From Octopus bimaculoides (Eukaryota), in assembly GCF_001194135.2 (NCBI RefSeq), contig NC_068982.1, positions 72,583,301-72,647,300 of the forward strand: 64,000 nt of DNA, read 5' to 3'. Shown here one piece after another: positions 63,026 to 64,000 of the stretch. The notes beneath the pieces were generated by a model. That model was not told the DNA's origin and searched no databases. It worked only from the letters and a program-made list of their open reading frames with translations. A program made the translations under genes and the position numbers. Numbering within the stretch: the stretch's first letter is position 1; each line of letters begins with the position of its first letter.

Positions 63026-63774
63026 AGTACAGTTCACAATTGCAATGAGCAATTTGTATGAAGAGGTTCCCTAGAATTTAGTTTTTCTTATTATTTTTCA
63101 AACCATCCCATTCATGTCATTAGTACTTCTTAGGAAGCCAGAGACATTTCGGCTTTGTATTTTTCATCTCCTGTCAACCCAAAGCCTAATGCTTATTTTA
63201 ACAGATTTCTTCATCACCATTTTACTTATTATACCTGTATCTTAATTAATTCAAATTAATGTACCTCATCTTGAAAAGTGGCAAAATTGTAGGCAGTTGG
63301 CATCTGGGATAATTTTTGTAACAACAGGTAAGATGCATTAAGAATTTCAATTTTAGTGTTTATTCATAATGTTATTGCTTTTACATCTGTTAATTAAATT
63401 TACCTGCCTATAAAAGTCAAATTTAATCAGAAAGATCAGCTAAAATTACATAATTATAAACCACTGGTATATAAGCATCCAACAACAAAATTTCAAATAT
63501 GTACGTAAGAAATTAACAAAGATACAAGCAAACATTGTGGACACCCCTCTTGAACCTGAATAATTCAAAATAATGTGAACAAATAAGCATTACATTTGAC
63601 AGATTAATCTGAACACTAAAGGGTTGATATTGAGTTGTAAAATCATTTTTAAGCTTTGGAGCATGATGCAATTCTAGGGCCCATTGGATCCTGTCAAACC
63701 ATCCAACTCATGAACTATGAGCATTAAATAATGATGATAATAAGATGCAAGGCTCAGAATACTCAAAACTAAAA

Positions 63775-64000
63775 TGGTAGATATGGCACCACCTATATCA
63801 CAAGCCAGAGTATTGGACATGAATAGTTGTTTTATACAGTGAAAGACATTGATCAAGAAGCTATTTCTCACAGAAGTGAGTTTCTTTTTTTGTGTTTGCT
63901 TGTGGGAAGTAACCACAGAGAATGTCCAGCAAAAGATGCTACATGTCATGAGTGTAAAAAGAAAGGCTGTTTTTCTTGGAGTATGCAAATTAGGTAATAA
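63775..64000 (+). pseudogene. Ty3/Gypsy-like LTR retrotransposon gag remnant (double zinc knuckle), running off the window end
   Basis: 63893-63995 translates 'CLLVGSNHRECPAKDATCHECKKKGCFLGVCK', matching the CxxCG..H..CPAxxxxCxxCxKxGHFxxVC pattern of Gypsy gag. Upstream 'ISQARVLDM' is gag-like. Confidence 0.7.

Overview
Eukaryotic, very AT-rich, repeat-dominated DNA with six assembly gaps and dense (TA)n/(CA)n/(ATT)n microsatellites. The SINE and MITE repertoire resembles that of octopus (coleoid cephalopod); this is recognition from memory, not a database result. No intact, recognisable host protein-coding gene, rRNA, true tRNA or CRISPR array was found, so the window looks intronic or intergenic. 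Protein-like remnants all come from retroelements: five RTE-clade LINE pieces, one CR1/L2-group LINE 3' end, two Penelope-like elements (one Naiad-type RT+GIY-YIG, one Penelope/Poseidon-type on the minus strand) and a Gypsy-like gag zinc knuckle at the right edge. There are at least four SINE-like families (about 60 or more copies) and MITEs of hAT, Tc1/mariner and TTAA (piggyBac-like) type. The most notable observations are: (i) three type I hammerhead-ribozyme motifs, one downstream of the Naiad-type ORF, one inside a fold-back element and one in a ~320-bp retrozyme-like repeat; (ii) a TSD-flanked, 5'-inverted (twin-priming-like) RTE insertion; (iii) several nested fold-back elements; (iv) an alternating SINE array; (v) a LINE and a SINE sharing a 3' tail; (vi) an unexplained GC-rich minus-strand ORF at 44.5-44.7 kb. 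Repeat boundaries are approximate except where TSD/TIR coordinates are quoted.
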